Assembly: GCA_964608095.1 (NCBI GenBank)
Contig: CAZSMK010000011.1
Location: 18,209 to 82,208 of the forward strand
Direction of reading: 5' to 3'
DNA: 64,000 nt
Source: an uncultured Candidatus Sumerlaeota bacterium
GTDB lineage: Bacteria > Sumerlaeota > Sumerlaeia > MWCT01 > JAGHBZ01
The position numbers and the translations under genes are program-made. Positions within the stretch are counted from its first letter, which is position 1; every line of letters starts with the position of its first letter. The notes below the pieces were generated by a model. The model was given only the letters and a program-made list of their open reading frames with translations, made no database searches and had not been told where the DNA came from. This document shows, in pieces, positions 1-10,149 of this stretch.

Positions 1-1
1 A

Positions 2-226
2 GCCGGCTTCGGTCCACGTGAATTGAAAAAGTTTTTCAACGGTCATCAGTTGAGAAATGCAGGCTTTACCGCATCCGAGATGAGAACCGCCGGATTCAGT
101 GTCAGAGACCTTCTCAATTTTGGCTATAATGAAAACCAGGTCATTACGGCGGGCTTCCGTTTAACCGAGCTCGTCCAGGAAGGACTCTCTGTTCGAACCG
201 TTGACAGACATAAAATGCGTCAATGA
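2..226 (+). CDS. C-terminal fragment of a protein with ~10-aa xGF/Yxxxx(E/D/Q)Lxx repeats (5' end outside window)
   Basis: The frame is open from base 2 (AGFGPRELKKFFNGHQLRNAGFTASEMRTAGFSVRDLLNFGYNENQVITAGFRLTELVQEGLSV...) to TGA at 226. The ORF-track TTG start at 23 is internal. Confidence 0.7.
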   Translation, partial: AGFGPRELKKFFNGHQLRNAGFTASEMRTAGFSVRDLLNFGYNENQVITAGFRLTELVQEGLSVRTVDRHKMRQ

Positions 227-365
227 TAAGGTAGCACTTGTCTATCAATGACTTTGCTTTAAAGGCGATTCCTCGCGGGAGCGTCTGAAACAATAGATTT
301 CGACAACCGTATACAAATTACGAAACTATTTTTAAGAACCCCTACTCGACCTCTTGAAAACAGTT

Positions 366-1997
366 TTATTCACTTTCCAGAAAAGGATACCGATAGTTCG
401 TAGGGGGAAGGAAAGTTTCCTTTATAGCGCGAGGCGAAACCCACCGTTCGAGGTTGAGCCAACTGCCGGCTTTGTCGTTGGTTCCTGAAGCACGAGAGCC
501 TCCAAACGGTTGCTGCCCTACTACGGCTCCTGTCGGCTTATCGTTAATATAGAAATTCCCCGCAGCGTTCCGCAGTTCCCTTACCGCCTTCACTATTGCC
601 GACCTATCCCGGGCGAATATCGAACCTGTTAAACCATAAGGACTCGTTGTATTGCATAATTCAAGAGTCTCATCAAATTTTTTCTCCGGGTATACATATA
701 CGGTAAGGACAGGACCGAATATTTCCTCACACATGAGTTTTGAACGTGGATCCTTTGTGAGAATCACGGTAGGTTGAATGAAATATCCTTCCGTGTCGTC
801 ATACGTACCACCGCAAAGAATCTCCATGTTGGGATCGTTACGTGCGAACTCTATATATTCCGTTATAGTCTTGTATGCTTTGGCATCAATAACCGCGTTC
901 ATGAAATTGGAAAAGTCGAATACATCGCCGACTTTGATGGTAGCAATTTCGTCGAGCACTTTTTGCTTTACCTCATGCCAGAGTGAATCGGGGATATATG
1001 CCCGACTCGAGGCTGAACATTTCTGTCCCTGAAACTCGAATGAGCCCCGTATCAGATTAGCCACGACTACATCAACCTCGGCGGATGCATGGGCAAATAC
1101 GAAATTCTTCCCACCTGTTTCGCCTACAATCCTGGGGTATGAAAAATATTTACGGATATCAGAACCAATCGCCAGCCAGATGGTGGAAAACACGTAGGTC
1201 GAGCCGGTAAAATGTACTCCGCCGAGGTCAAGATGGTTGAGTACCGGAGGACCAAGAAGAGGACCTGGACCGGGGATCATGTTAATAACGCCGTCGGGCA
1301 TGCCCGCCTCTTGTAGAATTTTCATGATATAATAAGCAGGAAGCACCGCAGCGGAAGCGGGTTTCCACACCACCGCATTTCCCATCAACGCCGGTGCAGT
1401 TGGTAGATTTCCCGCAATCGAGGTAAAATTGAAAGGTGTGATGGCGAATACAAAACCTTCGAGGGGACGATGCTCCATATAATTCAGCACGTCCTTGGTT
1501 GATGTGGGTTGGTCATCGTAAATTTCGGTCATGAAGTAAGGATTGAAACGCCAGAAATCAATTAACTCACAGGCTGAATCTATCTCCGCCTGATGACAGC
1601 TCTTGCTCATACAGAGCATGGTTGCCGCATTGAGCGTCTGGCGGTATTTTCCGGAAAGCAACTCGGCTGCCTTTAAAAGCACCGTCGCACGCGAAGACCA
1701 GTCCATCTTACTCCACTCGACCTTTGCCTCGTTTGCCGCATCGATCGCATGATCCGCCTGTTCCGTTCCCGCTTGATGATACGCTCCAAGGCTTTTTGAT
1801 AAATTGTGCGGGCAACGCATATCGATGAGATTTCCGGTATGAACCTCCTTCCCGCCTATAAGACAGGGTATCTCAACCGGGTTCTCGAGCATCTCTTCCA
1901 ATTTTTCTTTGAGCTCTTTACGCTCTTTACTTTTCGGGGCATAGCCGAGAATAGGTTCATTGTCTGGTTTTCGAATGTGAAACATACCGTTAAACAT
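366..1997 (-). CDS. pruA: L-glutamate gamma-semialdehyde (1-pyrroline-5-carboxylate) dehydrogenase
   Basis: ALDH motifs ITPFNFTSIAGNL, FTGST, GETGGKN (catalytic E), FEFQGQKCSA (catalytic C), EEIFGP, QQPFGGSRASGTNDKAG. Confidence 0.93.
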   Translation of the reverse strand: MFNGMFHIRKPDNEPILGYAPKSKERKELKEKLEEMLENPVEIPCLIGGKEVHTGNLIDMRCPHNLSKSLGAYHQAGTEQADHAIDAANEAKVEWSKMDWSSRATVLLKAAELLSGKYRQTLNAATMLCMSKSCHQAEIDSACELIDFWRFNPYFMTEIYDDQPTSTKDVLNYMEHRPLEGFVFAITPFNFTSIAGNLPTAPALMGNAVVWKPASAAVLPAYYIMKILQEAGMPDGVINMIPGPGPLLGPPVLNHLDLGGVHFTGSTYVFSTIWLAIGSDIRKYFSYPRIVGETGGKNFVFAHASAEVDVVVANLIRGSFEFQGQKCSASSRAYIPDSLWHEVKQKVLDEIATIKVGDVFDFSNFMNAVIDAKAYKTITEYIEFARNDPNMEILCGGTYDDTEGYFIQPTVILTKDPRSKLMCEEIFGPVLTVYVYPEKKFDETLELCNTTSPYGLTGSIFARDRSAIVKAVRELRNAAGNFYINDKPTGAVVGQQPFGGSRASGTNDKAGSWLNLERWVSPRAIKETFLPPTNYRYPFLESE

Positions 1998-2102
1998 AGT
2001 CTCTTCTCCTTTGCTCTATAAGAAAATGATTTGTATTTACACCTCAAAGGTCTTTGTTATTGAAATGCTATGGATGCGATGCTCGTTAAAGACATGAAGG
2101 TA

Positions 2103-3329
2103 TTATTGGAATCGCTCGAGAATGTCCTTCACCGCGTCTTTATGCACCATTATATTCATCATCTTCAAGCGGACAAAATTTTTATGATACAACATATAGC
2201 CCTTGTTCTGTCCGTTCTGAGCCTTTGTGCCTGAATCTTTTATCAAGTACCAATCTTTTCCGTCTTTTTCGAGATACCCGACCAAATGAATGGCATGATC
2301 GTCGGTGGTGCTCTCATTGCTGAACCGGAATTGCCGCGCTTCATCGGTTATGTACTCCGAAGGAATATCAAAAGAGGGAATCATTGCTACGTCGAGTTCA
2401 TCATAAAATCCCGGTTCTGAATTGTCGCCTAACATGCATACCGTATAACCATCCCGAACCGCCTTTTTTATCACGCCCACAAAATCATCTACAGGTACGT
2501 TGTAATACTCATTGCTATGCCACCAGTTGTCCGGAACCTTATACTCCACTTTTTTGTAGAACCCCTCTTTCATCAACGAGAGGAGATCGACATAATCATC
2601 CATGTTCAATTGCACGTGATTTTTTAGATAGTCCTGCGGTGTTGTCGTTTTACCATTCACGGTTATGGAATCAGGTGGGACGCCCATGTGATGGTTCAAG
2701 ATAGACTTTATGGTTTCAATAACCTGCTCTTCGTTCCACGCGTTTTGTTCTTTTATCGACTCGAGGTATGATTTCATCTCGGCATACATAGCACGGTCGT
2801 CGTAAATGTCATCTTCGCTGTTCTTGCCCCTATAATCTTTGAAGGGGACGATGCCGTATTGTCGCCAGATACGCGGCGTTGCATTTGCCTCGGAGCCGCG
2901 CCCGAACACCGAATCGCCCCGTTCACGAACATACCGGCGCGCCTTCTCGACATATTCCCAATACACCGAGTACATCTCAGATAATTTGATTTTGCGACCG
3001 GTAAGGCGGTAAATCTCGCTCTCGAAAAAAGAAGTCGACGCAAATGACCAGCAGCTGCCGGTGAGGTCCTGAGTCACAGGTGGAAAATGCCATACCTGTC
3101 TGAACTCTTGAGCGGATTTCGGTATATCCACACCGCTAAAATCCATTTTCATTACTGTCTCGGTGCCTTCTTCATCAACCGCCTCTTTTGCCTTTTCTTT
3201 CAACTGGTTGTTGAATTCGTCTTCTACCTCGATAAAGACCGCCTTGTCGTTTATGCCATGGACTGAATATGAAAACAAAAACATACAAGAAATAATGGTA
3301 ATCAATACTGTAAGGTGCAATCCCTTCAT
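2103..3329 (-). CDS. Secreted C1-family (papain-like) cysteine peptidase / aminopeptidase C-like
   Basis: Signal peptide. QDLTGSCWSF (Gln, catalytic Cys), DDHAIHLVG (His), IKDSG (third triad position). Confidence 0.85.
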   Translation of the reverse strand: MKGLHLTVLITIISCMFLFSYSVHGINDKAVFIEVEDEFNNQLKEKAKEAVDEEGTETVMKMDFSGVDIPKSAQEFRQVWHFPPVTQDLTGSCWSFASTSFFESEIYRLTGRKIKLSEMYSVYWEYVEKARRYVRERGDSVFGRGSEANATPRIWRQYGIVPFKDYRGKNSEDDIYDDRAMYAEMKSYLESIKEQNAWNEEQVIETIKSILNHHMGVPPDSITVNGKTTTPQDYLKNHVQLNMDDYVDLLSLMKEGFYKKVEYKVPDNWWHSNEYYNVPVDDFVGVIKKAVRDGYTVCMLGDNSEPGFYDELDVAMIPSFDIPSEYITDEARQFRFSNESTTDDHAIHLVGYLEKDGKDWYLIKDSGTKAQNGQNKGYMLYHKNFVRLKMMNIMVHKDAVKDILERFQ

Positions 3330-3566
3330 TGTGTATCTCCTTACTTGATAACGTGATTTTACGAAATTTTTGTATAAAAGATTGCCACTACTTTGATAGG
3401 TGAACGGAAAAAACTCAAGTAATGATTGCTATAACGCATCGCCTATTCTCTGGTTTGGGGGAATTGCCTGCTCCCAATTCCTCTGGTTATTGACATAACG
3501 AGCGTACATGGTCAATGATGTTCTGCATTAAGGTGTTTTATTTGATTGAAGAGATAGTAGCCTAAA

Positions 3567-5693
3567 TTGGAAGATAATGAACAAAATCAGGAGGAACAAC
3601 CGGTACGCCATATCTCGGTTATTGAACGTTTTCCCGGAGTTGACCGTCCTTCTCTAATCCTCTGGGTTGTCATTCTTGGATTGAGATTTGTATCGAAAGA
3701 GGTTCTTGGCGAACAACCCGATGAACATGCGACCTCGTTTTTTTTTAAACTCATCCTGATCCTCTATCGCATTTTATCAGTTTTTATAACTCTCATCTGT
3801 GCATTTTCACTCGGTAATTTCACCCGAAGGACATTCTTCCCGTCTACGGGAGATTCCATCCCTGTTTACTTCTCCATAGGGCTCGGTTTTGTCGTTATAA
3901 GTTATGGTACTTTTCTCTTCCTCATCAAGACACCCATAACATGGATTCTCCTGCTTGTGGTCGCTGTGGGAGTCGTCCTTATTGTTATAAAGGAAACCAA
4001 ACAATTCTTATCATATCTAAATCCCCGGCATCTGTCTTCGCTCTGGAAACATGCAGGCACATTGGATTATATCCTGATTGCAGCTTTTCCCTTGCTACTT
4101 CTTCCCCCTCTTCTCGAAGTCTTTACTCCACCATATAGCTGGGATGCCGTGGTGTATCATCTGACAATTCCGAAAATCTATCTCGCCCATCAAGGGTTTG
4201 GGTACATACACCTGAACGTGTATTCAAACATGCCGATGAACGTAGACATGCTGTACGTTTTCTGTATGCGTTTAGCGGACGATGTGGTATGCAAAATGCT
4301 CCATTTCAGCCTGGGTCTGCTTCTTCTGTGTACACTGATAAATTTCTCGCGGCGTCATTTGCAATCTTGGCGACCGGGCGCACTGGCAGGCATTGTTCTT
4401 ATCACCAATCCAATGATAAATTATGAGTTCGGCGTTGCATTTATCGACGTAGGTATGACGTTCCTTATGGCGCTTGCCTTTTATGCCGCTATAGAAGCCC
4501 TTAGAGCAGAGGATAAACGTAGCGCTACCGGGTGGTTAATTCTCAGCGGGATTTTTTGCGGATTCCTGGCGGGCTCCAAATATACCGGTACTTTTTCCGC
4601 TGTCTCGATAACAGCGGTTCTCTTATCCGGATACGCAGCAAAAAAATATTTCCGCTTCACCATCACGTTACGTTCCCTCGTGACTGCAATTCTGGTCATT
4701 GCGCTTTGTGTTTTTCTGCTTCTTGTGCCGTGGCTCGCCAAAAATTATATCCTTACCCATAATCCGGTCTATCCCATGTTCTATAACCTTTTCGACGGCA
4801 AGGACTGGTCATCCTGGATGGCACGGCAACTCATCGACTGGCAACATAACATCGGTCAAGGGCGCTCCTTCATTGACTACGTTCTTTTGCCGTTTCGCAT
4901 CTTCACCATCAGCAAATACGATTACGACCATTTTGCAGGACCGATGTGTCCTGCACTACTTATAGCCCTGATTGCTTCTCTCATCCTCTGTCCACGCGAA
5001 AATCGTAAATGGCTCTTGCTGTTGCTCGCCGGATTTGCAGGCTTTTTCATCCCATGGAGTACAGGGGCACAGCAAGTACGATTCCTGATGCCTTCCCTGC
5101 CCCTTCTTGCCATGGCTTCCGCACTTTTTATTTCTCAAAAACAGCGGACAGATCTTCTAAAAGGAGTCGCTATTCTTGTCGTCCTCGTTATCATCGGATT
5201 CGGGGTGTATTATAATTTCAATCAATTCCGCTTGAACGCAAAAAACCTTTCCATGATTTTCGGTTCCACACCCAGAAGTGAATTCATCGAAAGCAGAATT
5301 CGGTCGTATAGATGTTTCAAGCATATAGAGCAATTGACGAAAAAAAACGAGACCGTAGTCCTCCTCTATGAGAACAAGGGATATTATCTCAATCGCCCTT
5401 TCCTTACTGATGCTATGTATGAAACCTCCTATTTCGTTGATCGCGCGGCTGAGTTCGGTAGTCCTGAACTGTTCAAACAGATGTTGTTGAATTCAGATAT
5501 CAGATACGTACTCATCAATGAGTTTATTCAAAAGGATGTGGTTTCTGTTGCAATGGGAGAAGGGTTTTTCGAGAAACCGGAATTGAACCGTCGCTATGCT
5601 CGCGGTATTAAGGTAATAGAATCGTTCATAGACACCTCTCTTGAACCGGTGTACTCACATTACGGCTCGACCGTCTACTTATTGAGACGCTGA
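3567..5693 (+). CDS. Large polytopic membrane protein, GT-C/ArnT-like (polyprenol-phosphate-sugar-dependent) glycosyltransferase
   Basis: 708 aa with many TM segments. Loop PPYSWDAVVYHLTIPK...YSNMP, DVGMT, GSKYTG, LAKNYILTHNPVYP, VRFLMP, and a soluble C-terminal domain. The TTG start is uncertain. Confidence 0.7.
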   Translation: MEDNEQNQEEQPVRHISVIERFPGVDRPSLILWVVILGLRFVSKEVLGEQPDEHATSFFFKLILILYRILSVFITLICAFSLGNFTRRTFFPSTGDSIPVYFSIGLGFVVISYGTFLFLIKTPITWILLLVVAVGVVLIVIKETKQFLSYLNPRHLSSLWKHAGTLDYILIAAFPLLLLPPLLEVFTPPYSWDAVVYHLTIPKIYLAHQGFGYIHLNVYSNMPMNVDMLYVFCMRLADDVVCKMLHFSLGLLLLCTLINFSRRHLQSWRPGALAGIVLITNPMINYEFGVAFIDVGMTFLMALAFYAAIEALRAEDKRSATGWLILSGIFCGFLAGSKYTGTFSAVSITAVLLSGYAAKKYFRFTITLRSLVTAILVIALCVFLLLVPWLAKNYILTHNPVYPMFYNLFDGKDWSSWMARQLIDWQHNIGQGRSFIDYVLLPFRIFTISKYDYDHFAGPMCPALLIALIASLILCPRENRKWLLLLLAGFAGFFIPWSTGAQQVRFLMPSLPLLAMASALFISQKQRTDLLKGVAILVVLVIIGFGVYYNFNQFRLNAKNLSMIFGSTPRSEFIESRIRSYRCFKHIEQLTKKNETVVLLYENKGYYLNRPFLTDAMYETSYFVDRAAEFGSPELFKQMLLNSDIRYVLINEFIQKDVVSVAMGEGFFEKPELNRRYARGIKVIESFIDTSLEPVYSHYGSTVYLLRR

Positions 5694-5877
5694 GGTCGTG
5701 GAGGAAAAACGCCTTATGGTGATTGTATGCTTATAAAAGAGTTGACACCACACCGAGTTAAATGATTGACTTGAGGGCTAAGAAAAGAGCGATAAAGAAA
5801 CGAGCCCCACGGGTATTTTATATAAAGTTTTACTTTAAATATAAGATGTTAACTAATTTATAATAAGGAGGAAATAA

Positions 5878-7038
5878 ATGGGTGAATGGATTGGGCGACG
5901 ACGTAAAGCACGCAGGGCTTATGGCTTTGATGAAATTGCTATTGTTCCCGGGAACGTAACTCTCAACCCCGACGAAGTTGACATTACCTGGAAAGTCGGC
6001 GATATAACGTTCGACATCCCTTTCATGGCAGCAGCCATGGATGGCGTGGTCGATCCCGCGTTTGCCGCGTTGATAGGAAAGTTCGGCGGTTTCGGTATCC
6101 TCAACCTTGAGGGTATTTATACACGATACGATGATCCGCAGGCAATCCTCTCTGAAATTGTGCAAGCGCCTCCGGAAAAAGCCACTGAACTTGTTCAACG
6201 TCTTTATCAACCTCCTATCAAAGAAGAGCTGATTCCTGAACGAATCCGTGAAATCAAAAAAGACGGCGCCCCTGCGGTAGTGTCGTGCGTCCCGCAATTA
6301 TGCGAGCGATACGGTCCTATTGCCCAAGAAGCAGGCGCGGATATTTTCGTCATCCAATCAACCGTCACTACTGCGAAACATATTTCCAAAGCATACAAAA
6401 GTGTCGACCTCGCCGGGTTTATAAAAAAGACCAAAATGCCGGTGATCATTGGAAATTGTGTATCCTACGAGGCGACATTGGAATTAATGGAGACGAATCC
6501 CGATGGGATTCTCATCGGTGTGGGACCGGGGGCAGCATGCACCACGCGTGGCGTCCTTGGCGTCGGCGTTCCTCAGGTAACCGCAACCGTTGACGCCGCC
6601 TGCGCACGTGATTTCCATTTCCAGCGCACCGGAAAGTACATCCCAATTATTACGGACGGGGGCATGAGCAGCGGCGGCGACGTGTGCAAAGCCTTCGCAG
6701 CAGGCGCCGATGCAGTGGTGTTGGGTTCCGCACTCGCCAAGGCGAAAGAATCACCCGGCAAGGGCTTTCATTGGGGAATGGCAACTCCTCATCATAACCT
6801 CCCACGCGGGACTCGTATCTTTGTCGGATGCACCAGTACGCTCGAAGAAATCCTTTTCGGGCCCGCACGCCTCGATGATGGCTCACAAAACTTTGTCGGT
6901 GCGCTCAGAACTTGTATGGGGTATGTCGGCGCAGAAAATATTCGCGGTATGCACCTGGCGGAACTCGTCATCGCTCCGGCTATTAAAACCGAGGGCAAGA
7001 TTTTTCAGAAAGCCCAACAGGTCGGTATGGGGAAGTAA
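5878..7038 (+). CDS. guaB: IMP dehydrogenase-family protein, short CBS-less GuaB3 type
   Basis: AYGFDEIAIVP, AAAMDGVVDP, catalytic loop GVGPGAACTTR, IITDGG, WGMA. Strong RBS AAGGAGG. Lies directly upstream of guaA. Confidence 0.9.
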   Translation: MGEWIGRRRKARRAYGFDEIAIVPGNVTLNPDEVDITWKVGDITFDIPFMAAAMDGVVDPAFAALIGKFGGFGILNLEGIYTRYDDPQAILSEIVQAPPEKATELVQRLYQPPIKEELIPERIREIKKDGAPAVVSCVPQLCERYGPIAQEAGADIFVIQSTVTTAKHISKAYKSVDLAGFIKKTKMPVIIGNCVSYEATLELMETNPDGILIGVGPGAACTTRGVLGVGVPQVTATVDAACARDFHFQRTGKYIPIITDGGMSSGGDVCKAFAAGADAVVLGSALAKAKESPGKGFHWGMATPHHNLPRGTRIFVGCTSTLEEILFGPARLDDGSQNFVGALRTCMGYVGAENIRGMHLAELVIAPAIKTEGKIFQKAQQVGMGK

Positions 7039-7155
7039 ATGTTACTTTCCATCGGTGTTTCTCGCGTGTGATTGTTCAAACATAATTTCTAACTCCAAGA
7101 AGTCGTGAGTGTACTATTATAACCACTATCCGTTCGTCAATGATGAGGTAACCAA

Positions 7156-8676
7156 ATGATATTGATCCTCGACTTCGGCTCGCAGTACAGCCAGCTCATT
7201 GCCCGCCGAATTCGTCAAATGGGCACTTATAGTGAGATTCTCCCCTACTATGCGACGCTCGATGAAATCGGCGGCACAAATCCCCACGGCATCATACTAT
7301 CGGGGGGGCCTGCAAATGTATATCTCGACACGTCGCCAAAAATCGGAAAGGATATCTTTGATCTGAATATCCCTGTCCTCGGATTGTGTTACGGCGAACA
7401 GCTCATCGCCCACCTCTTCGGTGGTAGAGTCGAATGTGCTGAACGCGGCGAATACGGTCCCGCTACTTTTTCCGTTAAGGGCGATGATCCCCTGTTCAAG
7501 GGTATCGAGCAATGCAGCACTGTGTGGATGAGTCATCGAGATAAGGTAAATCAGCTTCCCCCGACTTTCCACGTCATCGGTAAAACTGCGAACTCGCCCT
7601 ATGCCGCTATACGGCACAGCCGGTATCCCATTTACGGTTTGCAATTTCATCCTGAAGTTGCGCATACGGAAGAAGGATTGAAGATACTCAAGAATTTTGT
7701 ACGACGGATATGCAAAGCTCCCCGTGACTGGGACCTCGGCGATTTCATCGACCAGACCACACGCCAAATCCGCGACACGGTCGGTAACCATAAAGTGATA
7801 TGCGCCGTGAGCGGTGGCGTTGATTCCACTGTTATGACCGTACTCCTCTACAAGGCTATCGGCGAACAATTGAAACCCGTCTTTGTCGATAACGGGCTAC
7901 TACGGTTAAACGAAGCAGAACAGGTGATGAAGCGATTCGATAAATTCGGGATAAAAGTAGACCTCATCGATGCAGCCCAACAATTTCTGAACCGTTTACG
8001 AGGAGTGGCAGACCCGGAGAAAAAACGCCGCATTATCGGCAAAACATTCATAGACGTCTTCTTCAAGTCGTTAGGCAAACGCGATTTCCTCGCCCAGGGT
8101 ACGCTCTATCCCGACATAATTGAAAGTGTATCCACTCGGGGTCCATCAGCAACCATAAAGACACACCACAACCGCGTGAAGGAAGTGCTCTACCTGCTTA
8201 AGGAAGGACGTGTAGTTGAACCTTTCAAGCACCTGTTCAAGGACGAAGTGCGCGAGGTGGGAAAACGCCTTGGCATGCCCCGCGAAGTCTTACAACGACA
8301 ACCTTTTCCCGGTCCCGGTCTTGCCGTCCGTATCATCGGGTCAGTCACACCCGAACGGCTGACTATTCTTCGACACGCCGATAATATCGTAATTGACGAG
8401 ATGAAACGGGCGAGACTGTATTACAAAACCTGGCAAAGCTTTGCCGTATTGTTGCCCGTAAAGACAGTGGGCGTAATGGGCGATGAACGGACGTATGCGC
8501 ACGTAATCGCCATCCGGGCGGTTATGAGTCAAGACGCAATGACGGCTGATTGGGCGAAACTTCCCCCGGATTTGCTCTCCACCATTTCCACGCGAATCAT
8601 TAACGAAGTGCAGGGCGTCAACCGTGTAGTTTACGACATAAGCAGCAAACCCCCCGCCACCATTGAATGGGAGTAA
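7156..8676 (+). CDS. guaA: GMP synthase (glutamine-hydrolysing)
   Basis: ILDFGSQY, GLCYG, QFHPEV, SGGVDS, LAQGTLYPDIIES, IKTHHN, C-terminal SKPPATIEWE. Confidence 0.97.
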   Translation: MILILDFGSQYSQLIARRIRQMGTYSEILPYYATLDEIGGTNPHGIILSGGPANVYLDTSPKIGKDIFDLNIPVLGLCYGEQLIAHLFGGRVECAERGEYGPATFSVKGDDPLFKGIEQCSTVWMSHRDKVNQLPPTFHVIGKTANSPYAAIRHSRYPIYGLQFHPEVAHTEEGLKILKNFVRRICKAPRDWDLGDFIDQTTRQIRDTVGNHKVICAVSGGVDSTVMTVLLYKAIGEQLKPVFVDNGLLRLNEAEQVMKRFDKFGIKVDLIDAAQQFLNRLRGVADPEKKRRIIGKTFIDVFFKSLGKRDFLAQGTLYPDIIESVSTRGPSATIKTHHNRVKEVLYLLKEGRVVEPFKHLFKDEVREVGKRLGMPREVLQRQPFPGPGLAVRIIGSVTPERLTILRHADNIVIDEMKRARLYYKTWQSFAVLLPVKTVGVMGDERTYAHVIAIRAVMSQDAMTADWAKLPPDLLSTISTRIINEVQGVNRVVYDISSKPPATIEWE

Positions 8677-8798
8677 CCCCCGCGCAACCCGAAGAAGCTA
8701 ATTTCCGGGGTCGAACCTTAAAGTTTGCACTTCTTTTCAGCTTTTTCTTCGCTTCATGGGAACCTTTTTCAGCGAATTGTCTCTTCTCAGTTTTTGCA

Positions 8799-8825
8799 TC
8801 GGACTGATTGGACCGATCAGTCGGA
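8799..8825. other. Intergenic hairpin (GACTGAT-N7-ATCAGTC) downstream of guaA
   Basis: Inverted repeat 8802-8808 / 8816-8822, extendable with one mismatch. No clear U-tract, so its function is uncertain. Confidence 0.35.
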
Positions 8826-8956
8826 TAGGACAAATACAGAGAGAAGAACAAATGCAGGAATATAGTCTGCCTCAGTCTTTTCATTTCGCAAAGCGCTTCG
8901 TCTTGATATCTATTTTCGACTTGCGATGCCTGCGAATCGAAATCAGAATGTAGTGC

Positions 8957-10117
8957 ATGACTTTGGGCAAGATAGAAAAGATTGTAATAGCGCCGGATTC
9001 ATTCAAAGATAGCCTCGCAGCCGGTCTGGTTGCAGAAGCAATTGCAGCTGGCATTCGCTTGGTATATCCGAATATTGAAATCGTCGCGACTCCGGTTGCT
9101 GACGGCGGAGAGGGAACCATAGAAGCGCTCGTTATCTCGACCGGAGGAAGAATCGAGGACGTCCAGAATATCACCGATCCCCTTGGCGCGAAAATCACGT
9201 CAAGGTTCGGAGTGCTTGGAGACGGAACGACCGCAATTATAGAGATGGCTGCTGCAAGTGGTTTACCCCTTGTTCCTGTTGATAAAAGAAATCCAATGAA
9301 CACAACCACCTACGGAACGGGTGAGATAATCGCCGAAGCGCTGAACAGAGGATTTAAAGAGATCATCATCGGCGTAGGCGGCTCTGCGACCACCGACGGT
9401 GGAGTAGGTGCAGCTCAGGCGCTTGGCATCAAGTTCTATGACCGAAAGAATAACCCTATCAGCGAACCTGCAACCGGCAAGGACCTTGTTAAAATTTCAA
9501 GGTTCGATTTATCAGAAAAGCATCCGCAACTGGACACTGCCAATATCATGGTTGCCTGGGACGTGGATAATACACTAACGGGAGACCACGGCGCAGCACG
9601 CATCTATTCCCCGCAAAAAGGCGCTTCAGCTGAGGATGTTATTGTGCTGGAGAAGGGGCTGGTCAACCTGGCTGGGCTGGTTAAACGCACCCTCGACCGT
9701 GAAATTGCTGACATGCCGGGAAGCGGCGCTGCCGGCGGTCTTGCCGCAGGTCTCGTCGCGTTCTGCAACGCAAAACTCCACAACGGGGCTGAACTCATCC
9801 TCGACGCCATTGGATTCGAAAAAATTCTGGAGGACGCCGATCTTGTGATTACGGGCGAAGGGGCATTCAATCGCCAGACACTATATGGGAAGGCGCCTCT
9901 ATGCGTCGCCCGACGCGCAAAAAAAAGGGATATTCCTGTACTATTCCTCACCGGCTCCATCGAAGAATACGTCCCTGAAATCTATAGCCATGGTGTGACT
10001 GCTGTCTTCAGTATAGTCGAACGTCCGGTTTCTTTAGAGGAAGCTGTGAATAAAACAGATGAAAACCTGAAAAATAGTACAGAGCAGATTTTCCGTTTAT
10101 TTCATTCGTTACAGTAA
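8957..10117 (+). CDS. glxK: Glycerate kinase (GlxK/GarK family)
   Basis: IVIAPDSFKDSL, PVADGGEGT, GVGGSATTDGG, GAAGGL, DLVITGEG. Confidence 0.93.
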   Translation: MTLGKIEKIVIAPDSFKDSLAAGLVAEAIAAGIRLVYPNIEIVATPVADGGEGTIEALVISTGGRIEDVQNITDPLGAKITSRFGVLGDGTTAIIEMAAASGLPLVPVDKRNPMNTTTYGTGEIIAEALNRGFKEIIIGVGGSATTDGGVGAAQALGIKFYDRKNNPISEPATGKDLVKISRFDLSEKHPQLDTANIMVAWDVDNTLTGDHGAARIYSPQKGASAEDVIVLEKGLVNLAGLVKRTLDREIADMPGSGAAGGLAAGLVAFCNAKLHNGAELILDAIGFEKILEDADLVITGEGAFNRQTLYGKAPLCVARRAKKRDIPVLFLTGSIEEYVPEIYSHGVTAVFSIVERPVSLEEAVNKTDENLKNSTEQIFRLFHSLQ

Positions 10118-10149
10118 TCTGGTTACGGGAATAGAACCTTTTTTACGAC

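Noticed and set aside
5694-5877. Purine riboswitch or other structured leader upstream of guaB-guaA
   Set aside because: The conserved purine-riboswitch core and kissing loops are not discernible; the region is AT-rich promoter-like DNA. An Rfam/Infernal scan would be decisive.
8660-8960. guaA 3' end as a genomic-island integration site
   Set aside because: No integrase, no duplicated guaA end and no cargo; glycerate kinase follows directly.
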